The notes under the pieces were generated by a model. That model was not told the origin of the DNA, ran no database searches, and saw only the letters and a list, made by a program, of their open reading frames with translations. Shown here piece by piece: positions 46,935 through 59,763 of a stretch of 64,000 nucleotides of DNA (position 1 is its first letter; every line of letters begins with the position of its first letter). The stretch is from the NCBI RefSeq assembly GCF_032191835.1, contig NC_083232.1:868001-932000 (forward strand), written 5' to 3'. This DNA is from Heteronotia binoei. Taxonomy: Eukaryota. The position numbers and the translations under genes were made by a program.

Positions 46935-48874
46935 CTGGCAAATGCAGACACAGGTGTTACTGTTGGTTGGGAATCCTCCAGCTTCTCCCCCATCTCTTCC
47001 GGGCAAGAATGAGGGGGAGGGGGAGGGAGAGAGCCAGCCCAAAAGGAGCACCAGTGGGGAGGGGGGTTGGAAACAGAGCTGCAGCATCTGCCTTCTCCCC
47101 GGCCAGCAGGAGACCAAAACCAGGAAAGCCTGAGTGCTCTGGAGCTCTGGAATGCAAACGTATCCAGCCAGCTCGAATTTACACTACAAGGCGTTCTATT
47201 TATAACCCACCTTTCCTCTCGGTTCAAGCTGGCTTACGATAATACTTAAAACATTTCCAGTTAATTCGAGGATGAAATACCAAAGCCCACCCCCTTTCCA
47301 AGCTGCCGGCCATTCAAAGCCCCCCAAGCACTTTCTGGCCGCACTTCCAGGGCATCTCCACGGAGGGGGCCCCCTCCCCTCTTCAGGAAGCCCCTCCCAC
47401 AGAGCTGATGCCACAGTGAGAAGACCCACGCTGCTGCTGCTGCTCCCGTCAGTGCCAAACGGGGACCCCTAAGTGGGGGGAGAGCCAGCAGGCAGCAGAC
47501 CTGAAGGGGCGTGAAGCAGGACAGTGGAGCAGAGACCGCAAGACCCACATTTCAGCAGGGGCAGACAACAGCTGCCACCTGTGGGGGGGGGTATCAGTCG
47601 CTCTGCAGGAGCAAGGAGGCATCCAGGAGAAGCAGAGACACAACGGGGGAGGAGTTTGGGGGAAAAGAGGAAAGGGCCAAGAGCCAGCAATAGAGCTGCC
47701 ATCTCTTGGGGACCCTATGCCTTGAGCCAGGGAGAGACAAACACGCCCCCCCCCCAGTGCTGCATTCCCTGCCCCCAAGCCACACCTCTGATGCGTCTCC
47801 CCCTCACTTCTGCCTCCTCTTGCCCCACTTACCCTTCCTAACCCTCCTGCAGAAAAGGCACTCCAGAACAAACTTGGCCAGTGCTAGGGAAACTCTCGTG
47901 CCCACCCCACCCCACCCCACCTGCCAGCCCTGCTTTGCAAACAAAGACACCGGCTCAGATGACAGGATCTGGCAGCATTCACTCCTCTCAGGACGGTCTG
48001 CAGACACCAGCTGCTACTCCCTCCCCCTCCCCACCCCAGCCAAGCCCTTTGACAGCTGTGCAACCGGCAGAAATTCAGCAAGTGCAGCACAGAGAGGAGA
48101 GGGCCTGTGGGGTGGGGGGAGCTTCACCTAGTGGACTGCGTCTGCCATGCAGTTGTCAGAGACACAAGGCCTCCCGGGACATGCACATATCCTCATTTCG
48201 GCCACTGCTTGCTTCTACGGCTTGAATAGCCACAAAACCTGGGGAGGAAAGCCCTGACAGGTATGCCTCTTCACCTGCTCCAGCCTGCCTGCTGGAAGGC
48301 CAGCCAGGCACAGGACACTCAAGGTCACGCCCCTCCCCTCCCTCCCACCTCCTTCAGCCTCTGCTCTAAGGATGAAGAAAGGGGGCAGGGCTGGCTTCAG
48401 GTTGAATCTTCCTGACTCAACCCCCCCTTGCAAAAACACTGAAGAAAGAGAAATCCCGGCTGCTTCAGGCTGATCCAACCCCCCCCCCCCCCCCAAAAAA
48501 CCCAGCTGAGTAGAGATCAGGCTTTTTGGAGAACTGAATGGGTTAAAAATAAATCCTGCCAACATCAACAACCACAAACAGATTTGCTTGATCCCCTCCC
48601 AGGCCCCAGAAATCTCTCGCCCTCCCCTGGGAAAAGCTGCCCAGACTTCACCCTTCTGGGTCAGAAACTGGCAACCCGCCAGTGAGGAGAACTGCAGGCA
48701 GCACCTGGAGCTTTGTGGAGGAAGGGCAGACCCAAAGCCCCCACCTCCATTTTAGCTTTTCCTAGAAAAGGCCAACTTTTCCTTCCTTGCCCAGACAGCA
48801 ACAGGCCTCCTTCCCTCACACCTCTTCTGCTGGCTGCCTCAGGACAAGCCCACGAATGCCCCACTCTCCAGCAG

Positions 48875-49702
48875 GCCTTGGATCTTTTACACAATTATGC
48901 ATGGGGTAGAGAAGGTAGAGAAAGAAGTCCTTTTCTCCCTTTCTCACAATACAAGAACTTGTGGGCATTCGATGAAATTGCTGAGCAGTCAGGTTAGAAC
49001 GGATAGAAGGAAGTCCTTCTTCACCCAAAGGATGATTAACGTGGAATTCACTGCCACAGGAGGTGGTGGCGGCTACGAGCATAGACAGCTTCACGAGGGG
49101 ATTGGATAAATATGGAGCAGAGGTCCATCAGTGGCTATTAGTCACAGGGTATTATTGGAACTCTGTCTAGGGCAGTGATGCTCTGTATTTCTTGGTGCTT
49201 GGGGGGGGGGGAGAGTGGGAGGTCTTCTAGACCCACTTGTGAACCTCCTGATGGAGCCTGGGTTTTTGGCCACTGTGTGACACAGTGTTGGACTGGATGG
49301 ACCATTGGCCTGATCCAACAGGGCTTCTCTTATGTTTTTATGTCTGGGGCAGTGATGCTCTGTATTCTTGGTGCTTGGGAGGGGGGGCACAGTGGGAGGG
49401 CTTCTAGTGTCCTGGCCCCACTGATGGACCTCCTGATGGCACCTGGTTTTTTGGCCACTGTGTGACTCAGAGCATTGGCCTGGATGGGCCATTGGCCTGA
49501 TCCAACATGGCTTCTCTTATGTTCTCATGTCTGAGGCAAGTGATGCTCTGTATCATTGGTGTGTGTGGGGGGGGGGGGCGGCTTCTAGTGTCCTGGCCCC
49601 ACTGATGGACCTCCTGATGGCACCTGGTTTTTTTGGCCATTGTGCAATACAGAGTGTTGAACTGGATGGGCCACTGGCCTGATCCAACCTGGCCTCTCTT
49701 AT
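48875..49702 (+). mobile_element. CR1 3' portion with its terminal ~175-185 bp present three times
   Basis: g(g)cagtgatgctctgta...ggcttctcttatgtt occurs at ~49170, 49344 and 49531. Confidence 0.85.
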
Positions 49703-50600
49703 GTTGCAGCCGGCCGGGAATCCCCTGGAAGGCGGCCCTGCCTGCTCCGGTGCCGCCTCTTCCGTCTCGGCTGGCTTGGGCTGCGGAGGAGGAGGGGGAG
49801 CGCCACACCCCCGTCTGCAAAGAAAGGCACCGGCTGGACGGTGGGGTTCTCCCTGTTCTCGCAGCGCTGTCTCGGGGAGAACCTCCGAAAGGCCTGTTGC
49901 TGTCTGGGGCAAGGGGCGAGAAGCTGGCCTTTTCTAGGCAACGCTGAAATGCAGGTGGGGCTTTGGGTCTGCCCTTCCTCCCGTGCAGAGGCACCAAACC
50001 CCGCCGTCCTCGGCCTCTGCACCGGCTGCTCCGCCCTCCACACCGAGGACCCGCTTGCTCGGGCTGCTGGCCTCGATGCAGCCGCCCTGGCTGCGGCGCA
50101 AGAGGGGCGGGCGGGCGGGACTCGAGCTGGCGGCTGCCTCCCCACCGGCCCTGCCTGCCTGCCTGCGGGGTCTTCCCGACGCCTGCCCCCCTCCGTCCTT
50201 CTCGCCCCGCAGAGCGGCTGCACCCCCCGGGCACCTGCCCCCTCCCCCTCCTGGGCAGCCCCGCCAGAGCCCCTCCCCGCGCCCACCTGCCGGCCTCCTT
50301 ACCTGCCGGCTCCACCTTCGCGGCCCCGCCCTGGCCCGCCGGCTGCGGGAGGAGGCGGGCTCACCTTGCCAGGGCGGCCTCCGCCATTGGCCGCGCCCGC
50401 TGCCACTCGGGAGGCGAGGGGCGGGGTCGCAGGGCGCACACGGGGCCGCTCTCCGTTGGCCGCCGGGCTGGAGGAGGAGAAGCGGGCCAATCAGGAGGCC
50501 GCCGCCAAGGCGCCCCGCCCCTGGCCCCGCCCTCTCCTGCGCTGCCGCCGCCGCCGCGTCCTTAACCCTTAGCCTGCTGGTCCTCAGTGAGGGTGTGTGG
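49700..50600. promoter_or_regulatory. CpG island / promoter and first-exon region of ZNF775
   Basis: High CpG density. GC boxes. CCAAT near 50487. Minus-strand donors aag|GTGAGC (50365) and cag|GTAAGG (50303). Confidence 0.75.
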
Positions 50601-50716
50601 GGGGGGTGGTTTCTCCTGCCTGGGGGGCCTTTGACAGCAATGTCCCTGCTGTGATCCGAAGCAGATGGCGAGGAGGAGGGCAGGAAGGGCTGCATGAGGA
50701 AGAACGTCCTGCCCGC

Positions 50717-51800
50717 TAGAGCGGTTCCTCAGTGGAACTGGCTTCCTTTTGGGGGGTGATAGGCGCTCCTTCCTTGGAGGTTTTTCAACAGAGGCTAGAT
50801 GGCCATCGGACAGCGATGCTGATCCTGTGAATTTAGGGGGAGGGGTTTGTGAGTTTCCTGCATTGTTTGTGCAGGGGGTTGGACTAGATGACCCTGGAGA
50901 TCCCTTCCAACTCCATGATTCCTGACCATTAGAGCGGTTCTTCAGTGGAACAGGCTTCCTCAGGAGGTGGTGGGCTCTCCTTCCTTGGAGGTTTTTCAAC
51001 AGAGGCTAGATGGCCATCTGACAGTGATGGAGATCCTGTGAATTTAGGGGGAGGTGCTTGTGAGTTTAGAGGGGTTCCTCAGTGGAACAGGCTTCCTCCT
51101 GGGGGGGGGGGGGGCTCTCTTTCCTTGGAGGTTTTTCAACAGAGGCTAGATGGCCACCTGACAGCAATGAGGATCCTGTGAATTGAGGGGGAGGTGTTTG
51201 TGAGTTTCCTGCATTGTGCAGGGGGTTGGGCTAGATGACCCTGGAGGTCCCTTCCAACTCTAGGATTCCTGACCATTAGAGCGGTTCTTCAGTGGAACAG
51301 GCTTCCTCAGGAGGTGATGGGCTCTCCTTCCTTGGAGGTTTTTACATAGAGGCTAGATGGCCATCTGACAGCGATGAAGATCCTGTGAATTTAGGGGGAG
51401 GGGTTTGTGAGTTTCCTGCATTGTGCAGGGAGTTGGACTAGATGGCCCTAGAGGTCCCTTCTAACTCTTCTATGATTCTAACAGGCTTCCTCCTCGGGAG
51501 GTGGTGGGCTCTCCTTCCTTGGAGGTTTTTCAGCAGAGGCTAGATGGCCATCTGACAGCAATGAAGATCCTGTGAATTTAGGGGGAGGTGTTTGTGAGTT
51601 TAGAGTGGTTCCTCAATGGAACAGGCTTCCTCAGGAGGTGGTGGGCTCTCCTTCCTTGGAGGTTTGTAAGCAGAGGCAAGATGGCCATCTGACAGCAATG
51701 AAGATCCTGTGAATTTAGGGGGAAGTGTTTGTGGGTTTCCTGCATTGTGCAGGGGGTTGGACTAGATGGCCCTGGAGGTCCCTTCCAACTGTATGATTCT
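50717..51800 (+). repeat. Stack of about six tandem full or partial CR1 3' UTRs
   Basis: agagcggttcctcagtggaac...ggaggtttttcaacagaggctagatggccatc recurs at ~50717, 50930, 51066, 51277, 51481 and 51601. Confidence 0.85.
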
Positions 51801-52639
51801 ATGATCCACGCTTCGTTCTTCTGGCCCTTTCTCATATGTCCAGGGAAATGCTGGTCACCACTTTGGGGTCAGGCAGCAGGTTTTCCCCAGACCAGCTTGG
51901 TCAAAGGTCCTGGAGGGGTTTGGTTTTTTTTTTTTACCATCTTGAGTCACTGAGTGTGTGTGTGGGGGGGAGGTACTTGTGAAATTCCTGCATTGGGCAA
52001 GGTCACTAGATGACCCTGGAGGCCCCTTCCAACTCTAGGATTTTTGTATCTAGATTTTAACTGTATTTTAAACTGTTTACTGTACATTGAAATCTGCTCT
52101 GAGCCTCATGATCATGGGGGGAGTGGAACAGAAACTGAGGGAAGGAAGCCCCCCCTGAATGTGTTTGGGCTTGAGCTGGAAGGACCAGGCTAGTCCAGTC
52201 TCATCAGAGCTCAGCTCAGCAGGGCTTCCATGGGAGACCATCCAGGGAGTGTAGGGCTGCTGCACAGACTCCAAGGCAGGCAACCGCAATCCACCTCTAA
52301 ACGTCTCTCACCTCAAAAACTCTGCTGGCTGCTGTGTGTCTGCTGGGACTTTACACACCCAGAGTTCAACAAGACTCCTGTTCAGCCCAGGGAGACCATC
52401 TTTCTGAAGTGGCGCATGAGCTCAGGCCCAGCACTCTCGTGTTCTGTGATGCTGAGGAAGAGCAGGGCTGGTTTCCCCAGAAGAGACTTAGTGCAGGGTG
52501 CAGCTGCTGGCTGGAGCAGGCCCAGACTGGAGCTGATCTGCGGTCAAGACTCGCCTCACCCCTTCACACACCCAGCCGCCACTGCGGGATGGGTGTCAGG
52601 TCAGAACAGCGGCCTGCTTTGCACAGAGAGATCTTGTAG

Positions 52640-54570
52640 AAGAACTCTTCCTCTGTGACACATCCCCATCAGAAATAACCAGAGTGAAATGTGGAATTCG
52701 CTGCCTCTGGATGTAGTGATGGCCACAGATATAGACACGTTTAAAAGGGGCTTAGATTCATGGAGGAGAGGTCTCTCAGGGGCTGCTAGCCACAGTGACT
52801 CAAAGGAACCTCCACGATCAGAGACAGTCAACCTCTGAATCCCAGTGTCAGGGGAAGACCTCTCTGCCGTTGTTGGCCCTCCAGAGGAACAGGCTGGCCA
52901 CTGTGTGAGACAGAAGGCTGGACTAGATGGGCCCTCATTGGTCTGATCCAGCAGGGCTCTTCTGATGTTCTTCTCAGGGGAAGGCCTCAGCCTCTCTGCC
53001 CTGTTGTTGGCTCTCCAGAGGAACAGGCTGGCCACTGTGTGAGACAGGATGTTGGACTGGATGAACCCTCCCTGGTCTGATCCAGCAGGGCTCTTCTGAG
53101 GTTCTTCTCAGGGGAAGGCCTCGGCCTCTCTGCCCTGTTGCTGGCCCTCCAGAGGAACTGGCTGGCTACTGTGTGAGACAGGAGGCTGGACTAGATGGAC
53201 CCTCCCTGGTCTGACCCAACAGGGCTCTTCTGAGGTTCTTCTCGAGAAGGCCTCGGCCTCTCTGCCCTGTTGTTGGCCCTCCAGAGGAACTGGTTGGCCC
53301 CTGTGTGAGACAGGAGGCTGGACTAGAGGGACCCTCACTGGTCTGATCCAGCAGGGCTCTTCTGATGTTCTTCTCAGGGGAAGGCCTCAGCCTCTCTGCC
53401 CTGTTGTGGGCCCTCCAGAGGAACTGGCTGGCTACTGTGTGAGACAGGAGGCTGGACTAGATGGACCCTCCCTGGTCTGACCCAACAGGGCTCTTCTGAG
53501 GTTCTTCTCGAGAAGGCCTCGGCCTCTCTGCCCTGTTGTTGGCCCTCCAGAGGAACTGGTTGGCCCCTGTGTGAGACAGGAGGCTGGACTAGAGGGACCC
53601 TCACTGGTCTGATCCAGCAGGGCTCTTCTGATGTTCTTCTCAGGGGAAGGCCTCAGCCTCTCTGCCCTATTGTGGGCCCTCCAGAGGAACTGGCTGGCCT
53701 CTGTGTGAGACAGGAGGCTGGACTAGATGGACCCTCCCTGGTCTGACCCAGCAGGGCTCTTCTGAGGTTCTTCTCGAGAAGGCCTCGGCCTCTCTGCCCT
53801 GTTGTTGGCCCTCCAGAGGAACTGGCTGGCCACTGTGTGAGACAGGAGGCTGGACTAGATGGACCCTCCCTGGTCTGATCCAGCAGGGCTCTTCTGAGGT
53901 TCTTCTCAGGGGAAGGTCTCAGCCTCTCCGCTTTGTTGTTGGCCCTCCAGAGGAACTGGCTGGCCACTGTGTGAGACAGGAGGCTGGCCTAGATGGACCC
54001 TCCCTGGTCTGACCCAGCAGGGCTCTTCTGATGTTCTTCTCAGGGGAAGGCCTCGGCCTCTCTGCCCTGTTGTTGGCCCTCCAGAGGAACTGGTTGGCCA
54101 TTGTGTGAGACAGGAGGCTGGACTAGATGGACCCTCCCTGGTCTGATCCAGCAGGGCTCTTCTGAGGTTCTTCTCAGGGGAAGGTCTCAGCCTCTCCGCT
54201 TTGTTGTTGGCCCTCCAGAGGAACTGGCTGGCCACTGTGTGAGACATGAGGCTGGACTAGATGGACCCTCCCTGGTCTGACCCAGCAGGGCTCTTCTGAG
54301 GTTCTTCTCGAGAAGGCCTCGGCCTCTCTGCCCTGTTGTTGGCCCTCCAGAGGAACTGGCTGGCCACTGTGTGAGACAGGAGGCTGGACTAGATCGACCT
54401 TCCCTGGTCTGGCCCAACAGGGCTCTTCTGAGGTTCTTCTCAAAGGAAGGCCTCGGCCTCTCTGCCCTGTTGTTGGCCCTCCAGAGGAACTGGCTGGCCA
54501 CTGGGTGAGACAGGAGGCTGGACTAGATGGACCCTCCCTGGTCTGACCCAGCAGAGCTTTTCTGATGTTT
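52640..54570 (+). repeat. CR1 3' end followed by 12 tandem 133-134-bp copies of its terminal segment
   Basis: Unit starts at 52977, 53111, 53244, 53377, 53510, 53643, 53776, 53909, 54043, 54177, 54310 and ~54443. Confidence 0.9.
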
Positions 54571-54999
54571 TGGTAATGTATCAGGAAGCCCCTGGTGAGC
54601 TACGGAAAGAGAGCCTTCACACATGCTGGGAAGAAGGCACCCTGCTGCAGTGCTCGACTCTTGTGGCCCTTTCTTATACATCCAGGGGGTAATGTTGACT
54701 GCCACTCTGGGGTCAAGAGGGAAATTTCCCCCAGGGATTGGCCCAGGGATCCTGGAGGGTTTTTGCCTTTTTCTGAGCACAGAGCAGAGGTCACTGAGGG
54801 GGCCGAGGGAGTTGTGAATTTCCTGCCTTGTGCAGGGGCTGGACTAGATGACTCTCCACATCCCTTCCAGCTCTTTGCTTCTGTGTTACCCACCGAAGAG
54901 AGTTCTGGTTCCTGGGCCAACTCTCTCGCAGCCCTCCACCACCCGCCCCATCCACTAATGTTCTAAGCCCCCAACTTCTGGTGTAATGCACAAGCATTG

Positions 55000-55110
55000 C
55001 CAGGGCTTTTGGGGCAGAAAAAGCCCAACAGGAACTCATTTGCATATTAGGCCACACCCCCTGATGCCAAGCCAGCCGGAACTGCGTTCCTGCTAAAAAA
55101 AAAAGCCGAG
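55000..55110. mobile_element. Short hAT-like MITE
   Basis: cagggcttttt ... aaaaaaaaagcc inverted ends. Confidence 0.5.
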
Positions 55111-55202
55111 CATCACCGTCATTCAAAAACCGCTGCACCCTGAAGGAGCCAAAATTCATGATGCCACAAACAGCTCAGCTTTTCCAAACTGCCATTTACT
55201 AC

Positions 55203-55208
55203 TTTATT
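55203..55208 (-). terminator. Candidate polyadenylation signal of the REPIN1-like gene
   Basis: AATAAA on the minus strand ~1.1 kb after the stop at 56320. Confidence 0.5.
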
Positions 55209-56319
55209 TCTTGGAAGTCTATACAACAGGAATCAGAGCAAATTTAAGTGAAAAAACAGGAGCCTGCTCATCTTCAAGCCAGTGGGGTCTTTCCTTGCAA
55301 TATTTCTCTGCATGAGGAGTTTCCCACATCCAAGTCCTGCCCTTGTTGGAACTGTGCCAGCCAGCCAGCCTTATGCATGCATTGGTGCAGCTGCAGAAGA
55401 ATGTCAAAGGGGGGGGGGAGTGGGATCATGGGGCCCGAAGGAATGAAAGAGAGATCGGTCACCATGCAAAACTCCTTGTGCCAAGGCTATGTCCTCACAA
55501 TTGTCTCCCCGTTGATAAGGACTAGAGGCGTAAAGGCTACGATTTGCAAAAGCGTGCTTGTGCGTGGAATTGCTCCCCTAGAAAAAAAAGTCAGAAAGCA
55601 ATGGCTTGTTTGTTACCAAACCTACCAAACTGAGTCTGAAACTGAGTCTTTAATGTCTCTCCACCCCCAGCCCTTGCCTGACCTGCACCCTCCTTCAGCG
55701 GTTGCCTCCCAAAGTGGCTGGTTTTTTCAGTGCCAGAGTCCCAGTTGCCTCTTTCCTCTTTTTCCCACTGGCTCCTTGGCATTCTGCTCTTTCTAGCCTC
55801 TGCCCCTCTTTCCTGAAGGTGCCTTCAGCCCTGGGGCCAAGATTAAACCTCAGAACTGATACCTAATGCCATGCCTGGAAGAAGTCCAGTATTTGTGAGT
55901 TTCCTGCACTGTGCAGGAGGTTGGACTAGATGACCCTGGAGGTCCCTTCCAACTCTAGGATTCTAAGTGAAGTAATAACAATGGCGAAACAGATATCTGA
56001 ACTTGCGCAGAGTGCTTCTTTGCCCGCACGCGTGCCAAAGCTGCTCCACACATATCAGAAACGAGGATTAGCTCTATCTGGCTTCAGCACAAGACCTATC
56101 GGTTGTCCTTCACCTGCAAGCTTGGGGGAGGGGGGTCTTTTGCTCGGGCCGACTAGAATTGGAAAAGAGAATGTTACTAGAATTTTGCAGAATTTCTCCG
56201 AGGAAGAGTTTGGTGCCTCCCTAGCTGGGCACATCCAGCCTTCCAGGGACACGGGGGCCAGAAGGGGGAGGCAAAGAGGCTGTGCTTTGTGGACCAGAAG
56301 ACAGGCCGCTATTGAGCCT

Positions 56320-57797
56320 CTAGGCAGGCTGCTGCGTCTGGCGGGGGGGATAGCTCTGGAGAAGGCCGCCATCTGCTTCTCTAGCGCTGATATTCCTGTG
56401 GCTGCGTTGGTGGGCACGCATGTTCGAGCCCTGGCTGAAGACCCGGGGGCACAGCGGGCAGGCGTACGGCTTCTCGCCTGTGTGGAGGCGCTCGTGGGAA
56501 ACCAGGTTGGACTTCTGGGAAAAGCGCTTGGGGCAGCGGCTGCAGGCGTACGGCTTCTCCCCCGTGTGGATTCGGAGGTGGGCCACCAAGTAGGGCTTGC
56601 AACGGAACTGCTTGGCACAGACCGGGCAGATGAACGGACGGTCGGCTGCCAGCAGAGGCTGAGGGAGAGGCAAAGAGAGCTGCGGCTGAGGCACGGGGGT
56701 GTCGCTTGGGAAGCAGGGGACGGGGGTGTCCTGCGGGGGTCGGTGGGGCTGGAACACCTCCATCCTGGGGGAGCCCGCCACTGGAAGCTGGATCTGGAAG
56801 TTCTCCCTGCTGAAGGTGTCCAGGGGGTGGCTCTGTTGCGGAAGAGGGTCCCGGGTGTGGATCTTCTGGTGCGAAAGGAGGTTGGGCTTGTGGCGGAAGC
56901 TCTTGCCGCACTGCCCGCAGACATACGGCTTCTCCCCGGTGTGGATGTGCTGATGGGAGGCCAGGTAGGCCTTGCTGCCGAAGGACTTGCCGCACTCCTG
57001 GCACTGGTAGCGCCGCTCGCCCGTGTGGACTTGCCGGTGGGCCAGGAGGTTGGGCTTGTGCCGGAAGGTCTTCCCGCACTGGGTGCAGGCGTAAGGCCGG
57101 TCGCCCCCCATCTGGGACAGGGCCCCAGCTTTGGGCACGGAGCCTGCGATCCCTTCGGCCGCCATGTGCACCAGCTGGTGCGTGACCAGCTCCTCCCAGC
57201 CGAGGAAACTCCAGCCACACTGGTCGCAGATGAACTCCCCGTTGCTGTGCAGCCCTGGAGCCTGGGGGCCAGGCAGGGGTGGGGGGCCATAGCCAAGGGG
57301 CCAGGGGTTGAAGCTGTGTGCTGCAGGGGCCTGCTGGTGCAGCGCCATCTCTGGCCAGAAAGGCAGGCTGCCCTCTCCCTGGCTGCAAGGAACGTGGCTG
57401 GCGCCAGTGCCCAAGGGGCCCTCCGGAGGCACGGCTGGGTCTAAGGCGGCAGGCGAATGGCCCCCACTCTGCGGGCAGCGCCGGCCCCACTTCCGGACGT
57501 GGAGGCGCCGGTGGGCGGTCAAGGCGAGGCGGCTCAGGAAGCGTCGCTGGCACCGGGGGCACTTATAGGACTTCTCCTTCTTCCAGCTCCGTTGCGCTTT
57601 TTCAGCATCCCTGGCAGTTGGTCCTGGCCTGGCTCGCTTTTGCCTGCCCTGCAACCGGGCCGTCTTGGGCCTCTTCCCTGCAGGCCTGGAGTGGCGAGGA
57701 TGGGGCCCCTTCAGCGCCTCCTCAGAGCCAAGCCCAGGGGGTGGAAGCTCAGGGGACTCGCCGCCTTCCTGCTTCAGGCTCAGGGCTGCTCTGCCGG
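56320..57797 (-). CDS. REPIN1: REPIN1-like gene exon 4 (8 C2H2 fingers)
   Basis: Acceptor tttcccttgtctccttgcAG|, phase 1. The frame is open through LKQE to the fingers. Helices W.ELV.H, RHKPNL (twice), K.YL, KPYL.AH and SQKSNLVSH match REPIN1 as recalled. TAG at 56320-56322. Confidence 0.8.
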
Positions 57798-58170
57798 CTG
57801 CAAGGAGACAAGGGAAACTTCAGGGGCAGCTCCCCGCAAGCCTGCCTTGGGCTCAGGACAAGACTGCGGTGGATGGCGGCAAGCCATGCAGGCCCCCCCA
57901 CCCGAGCTCTTCCCGCCACATGACACAGCAAGCCCCCCCCCGCCCCCAGTCCCTCTCTGTGGCTTCCTGCCCTCTGCTCTGAGACCCAGCCCAAAGCAGC
58001 TGCTGAGGAAGGGGGGGCACAGCTCCAGCAAGCCCCCCTCCTGTGCCAGCCTGCCCGAAATGGGAGGCGAGCCCTTCCAGCCACCCTCTTCAAGGAAGGC
58101 AAAAGCACGAGGGGGGAGAAAGTGCCCAATGGCCCACAGCCCTGGACCCTGAGCTATTCCACGCCCTTAC

Positions 58171-58272
58171 CTGGGGAGTTGCTGTTCCCTGCAGGAAGAA
58201 GGGGCTCTGAAGCACACGGGGCCCCTCCCTGGGCTAGCCGAGACAGAAGTTCAGGAATAGAGAGCAGGCATT
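58171..58272 (-). CDS. REPIN1: REPIN1-like exon 3 (KRAB-B-like)
   Basis: ctccttgcAG|...ccccag|GTAAGG. 102 nt, phase 1-1. ECLLSIPELLSRLAQGGAPC resembles a KRAB-B box. Confidence 0.8.
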
Positions 58273-58773
58273 CTGCAAGGAGATGGGCAGGGGCCCGAGA
58301 AGCATTTGGGTCAGCATCTGAGGACAGGAAGTGCTGCCCCAGCCCTTTTGGTTTCTCTTGGAATGACTGCAGGGCATTCCCCCCCCACCCCCACTGGTGC
58401 TGTGCTGGGTCACATGTCCAACTGGCATGCCACTGAGCACAGAACCAGCCCCCATCCCAATCCCCCCCACCCTGAGATCCCCTTCAAGACCTATGATGGG
58501 GTACTGGGTGCTGGGAATCGACTCTTGGATCCCCTGCAGTTTCCTTGGCACACTGGAAAAGGGGTGCCTGGGAAGAAGCTCGGAGGCTGGCTGACTTCCT
58601 CCCTCCCTCCCTCCCTCCCTCCCTCCCATTTCTAACTGTCCCTCCTGCAGGGTGGGTGTCCTCTAAAACAAGGCATTAGGTTTGTAGTTGTGGTAAAAAA
58701 ATGCCCTTTGATTCCCAGAGGGGATGGCTGCCAGTTGAGCACCAGATGCCCCAGAACCCATGCTCAACTTTAC

Positions 58774-58900
58774 CCAGAGAGGAAACAAGCTCATAATTCT
58801 CCACCATGACGTCTTGGTAAAGCTCCTTCTGCCATTCTGCTAGCTCTGCCCACTCCTCTGGTGAAAAGTAGACGGCCACGTCTTCAAAGGCCACGGGCAC
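58774..58900 (-). CDS. REPIN1: REPIN1-like exon 2 (KRAB-A box)
   Basis: ctcgttgcAG|[43 protein letters not shown]|GTAAAG. Canonical 127-nt KRAB-A exon. Confidence 0.92.
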
Positions 58901-59763
58901 CTGCAACGAGTACAGCCCTGCTGAAGGCCTCCCCTTGCCAAGGAGAGATCTGCACCAGCTCAGCTGCATCACCCGCCGTGCTACATCGAGATGCTGAGAG
59001 TGCCAGAGGGGGGCTGTGTTGCTCTGCAGGAGAGCGGCCAGATTCAAGCCCCAGGAGCACCTCAGAGACCAAGGAAGTTTTTCGGGGTTTAATGTCAATG
59101 TAGCTGGGGAAGGGAGCCACACTTCGAAATCCCACGCCCCTACAATCTTGCTCCCCTCTAAGGTGGTGCTGGAGTCGCACAGGCTGACCCACAAGTAAGA
59201 GTTTAGTCCTTCCTAGCCTCTTTGGGAGGGGGGGGGAGTATTTTGGAGGTCCCTCAGGATGGCCATGCCCTTTCTCACCTGGCTGTCTCGGAAGAAACTA
59301 GCGGGGTTGGCCCGAAGACCACCTGCAAGTGGGTCAAGCAAGGCAAGCCCTGTGCCGCTCAGAGTCCTTGCACCCCTGGGCCTCCTGCCCCCTTCCCCCG
59401 GGTGCAGGGCCAGCCAGAGCTCGGGGCGGGGGGGGGGGGGCTGCAGGCAGGGCCAGCCTGACTCCCTCCCTCCCTCCCTCCTCTCCAGCAGGGGCAATCT
59501 GGCCTCGCCCCCTTCCCAGTCTCCAGGGGCCGCCGGGGCCAGGGTGGGGGGAGCCCCGTCTGGAAGAGGGGGCGGGGTAAGGGCCGGGGCTGCAATGCCC
59601 GCGGGGGGGGGGAGCGCCAGGCCGCCCCCCCCCCGAGCCTTCCCCCCCTTCCGCCCACCTCGGCAGCCCCCCCGAGCAGGAGGAGAGGGGAGGGGAGCCT
59701 TTCAGCTCTGCTAACTCTGCAGACTCCCGCTCGCCCCCCCCCCGCCTTCCCAGCAGGGCCTAC

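Noticed and set aside
47000-48400. Additional ZNF775 coding exons or a KRAB-A box
   Set aside because: Several AG/GT pairs exist, but none gave a recognisable peptide or a consistent phase chain by eye.
55930-57444. 504-aa plus-strand ORF
   Set aside because: Antisense shadow of the GC-rich REPIN1-like finger exon. No domain, and it starts inside a CR1 tail.
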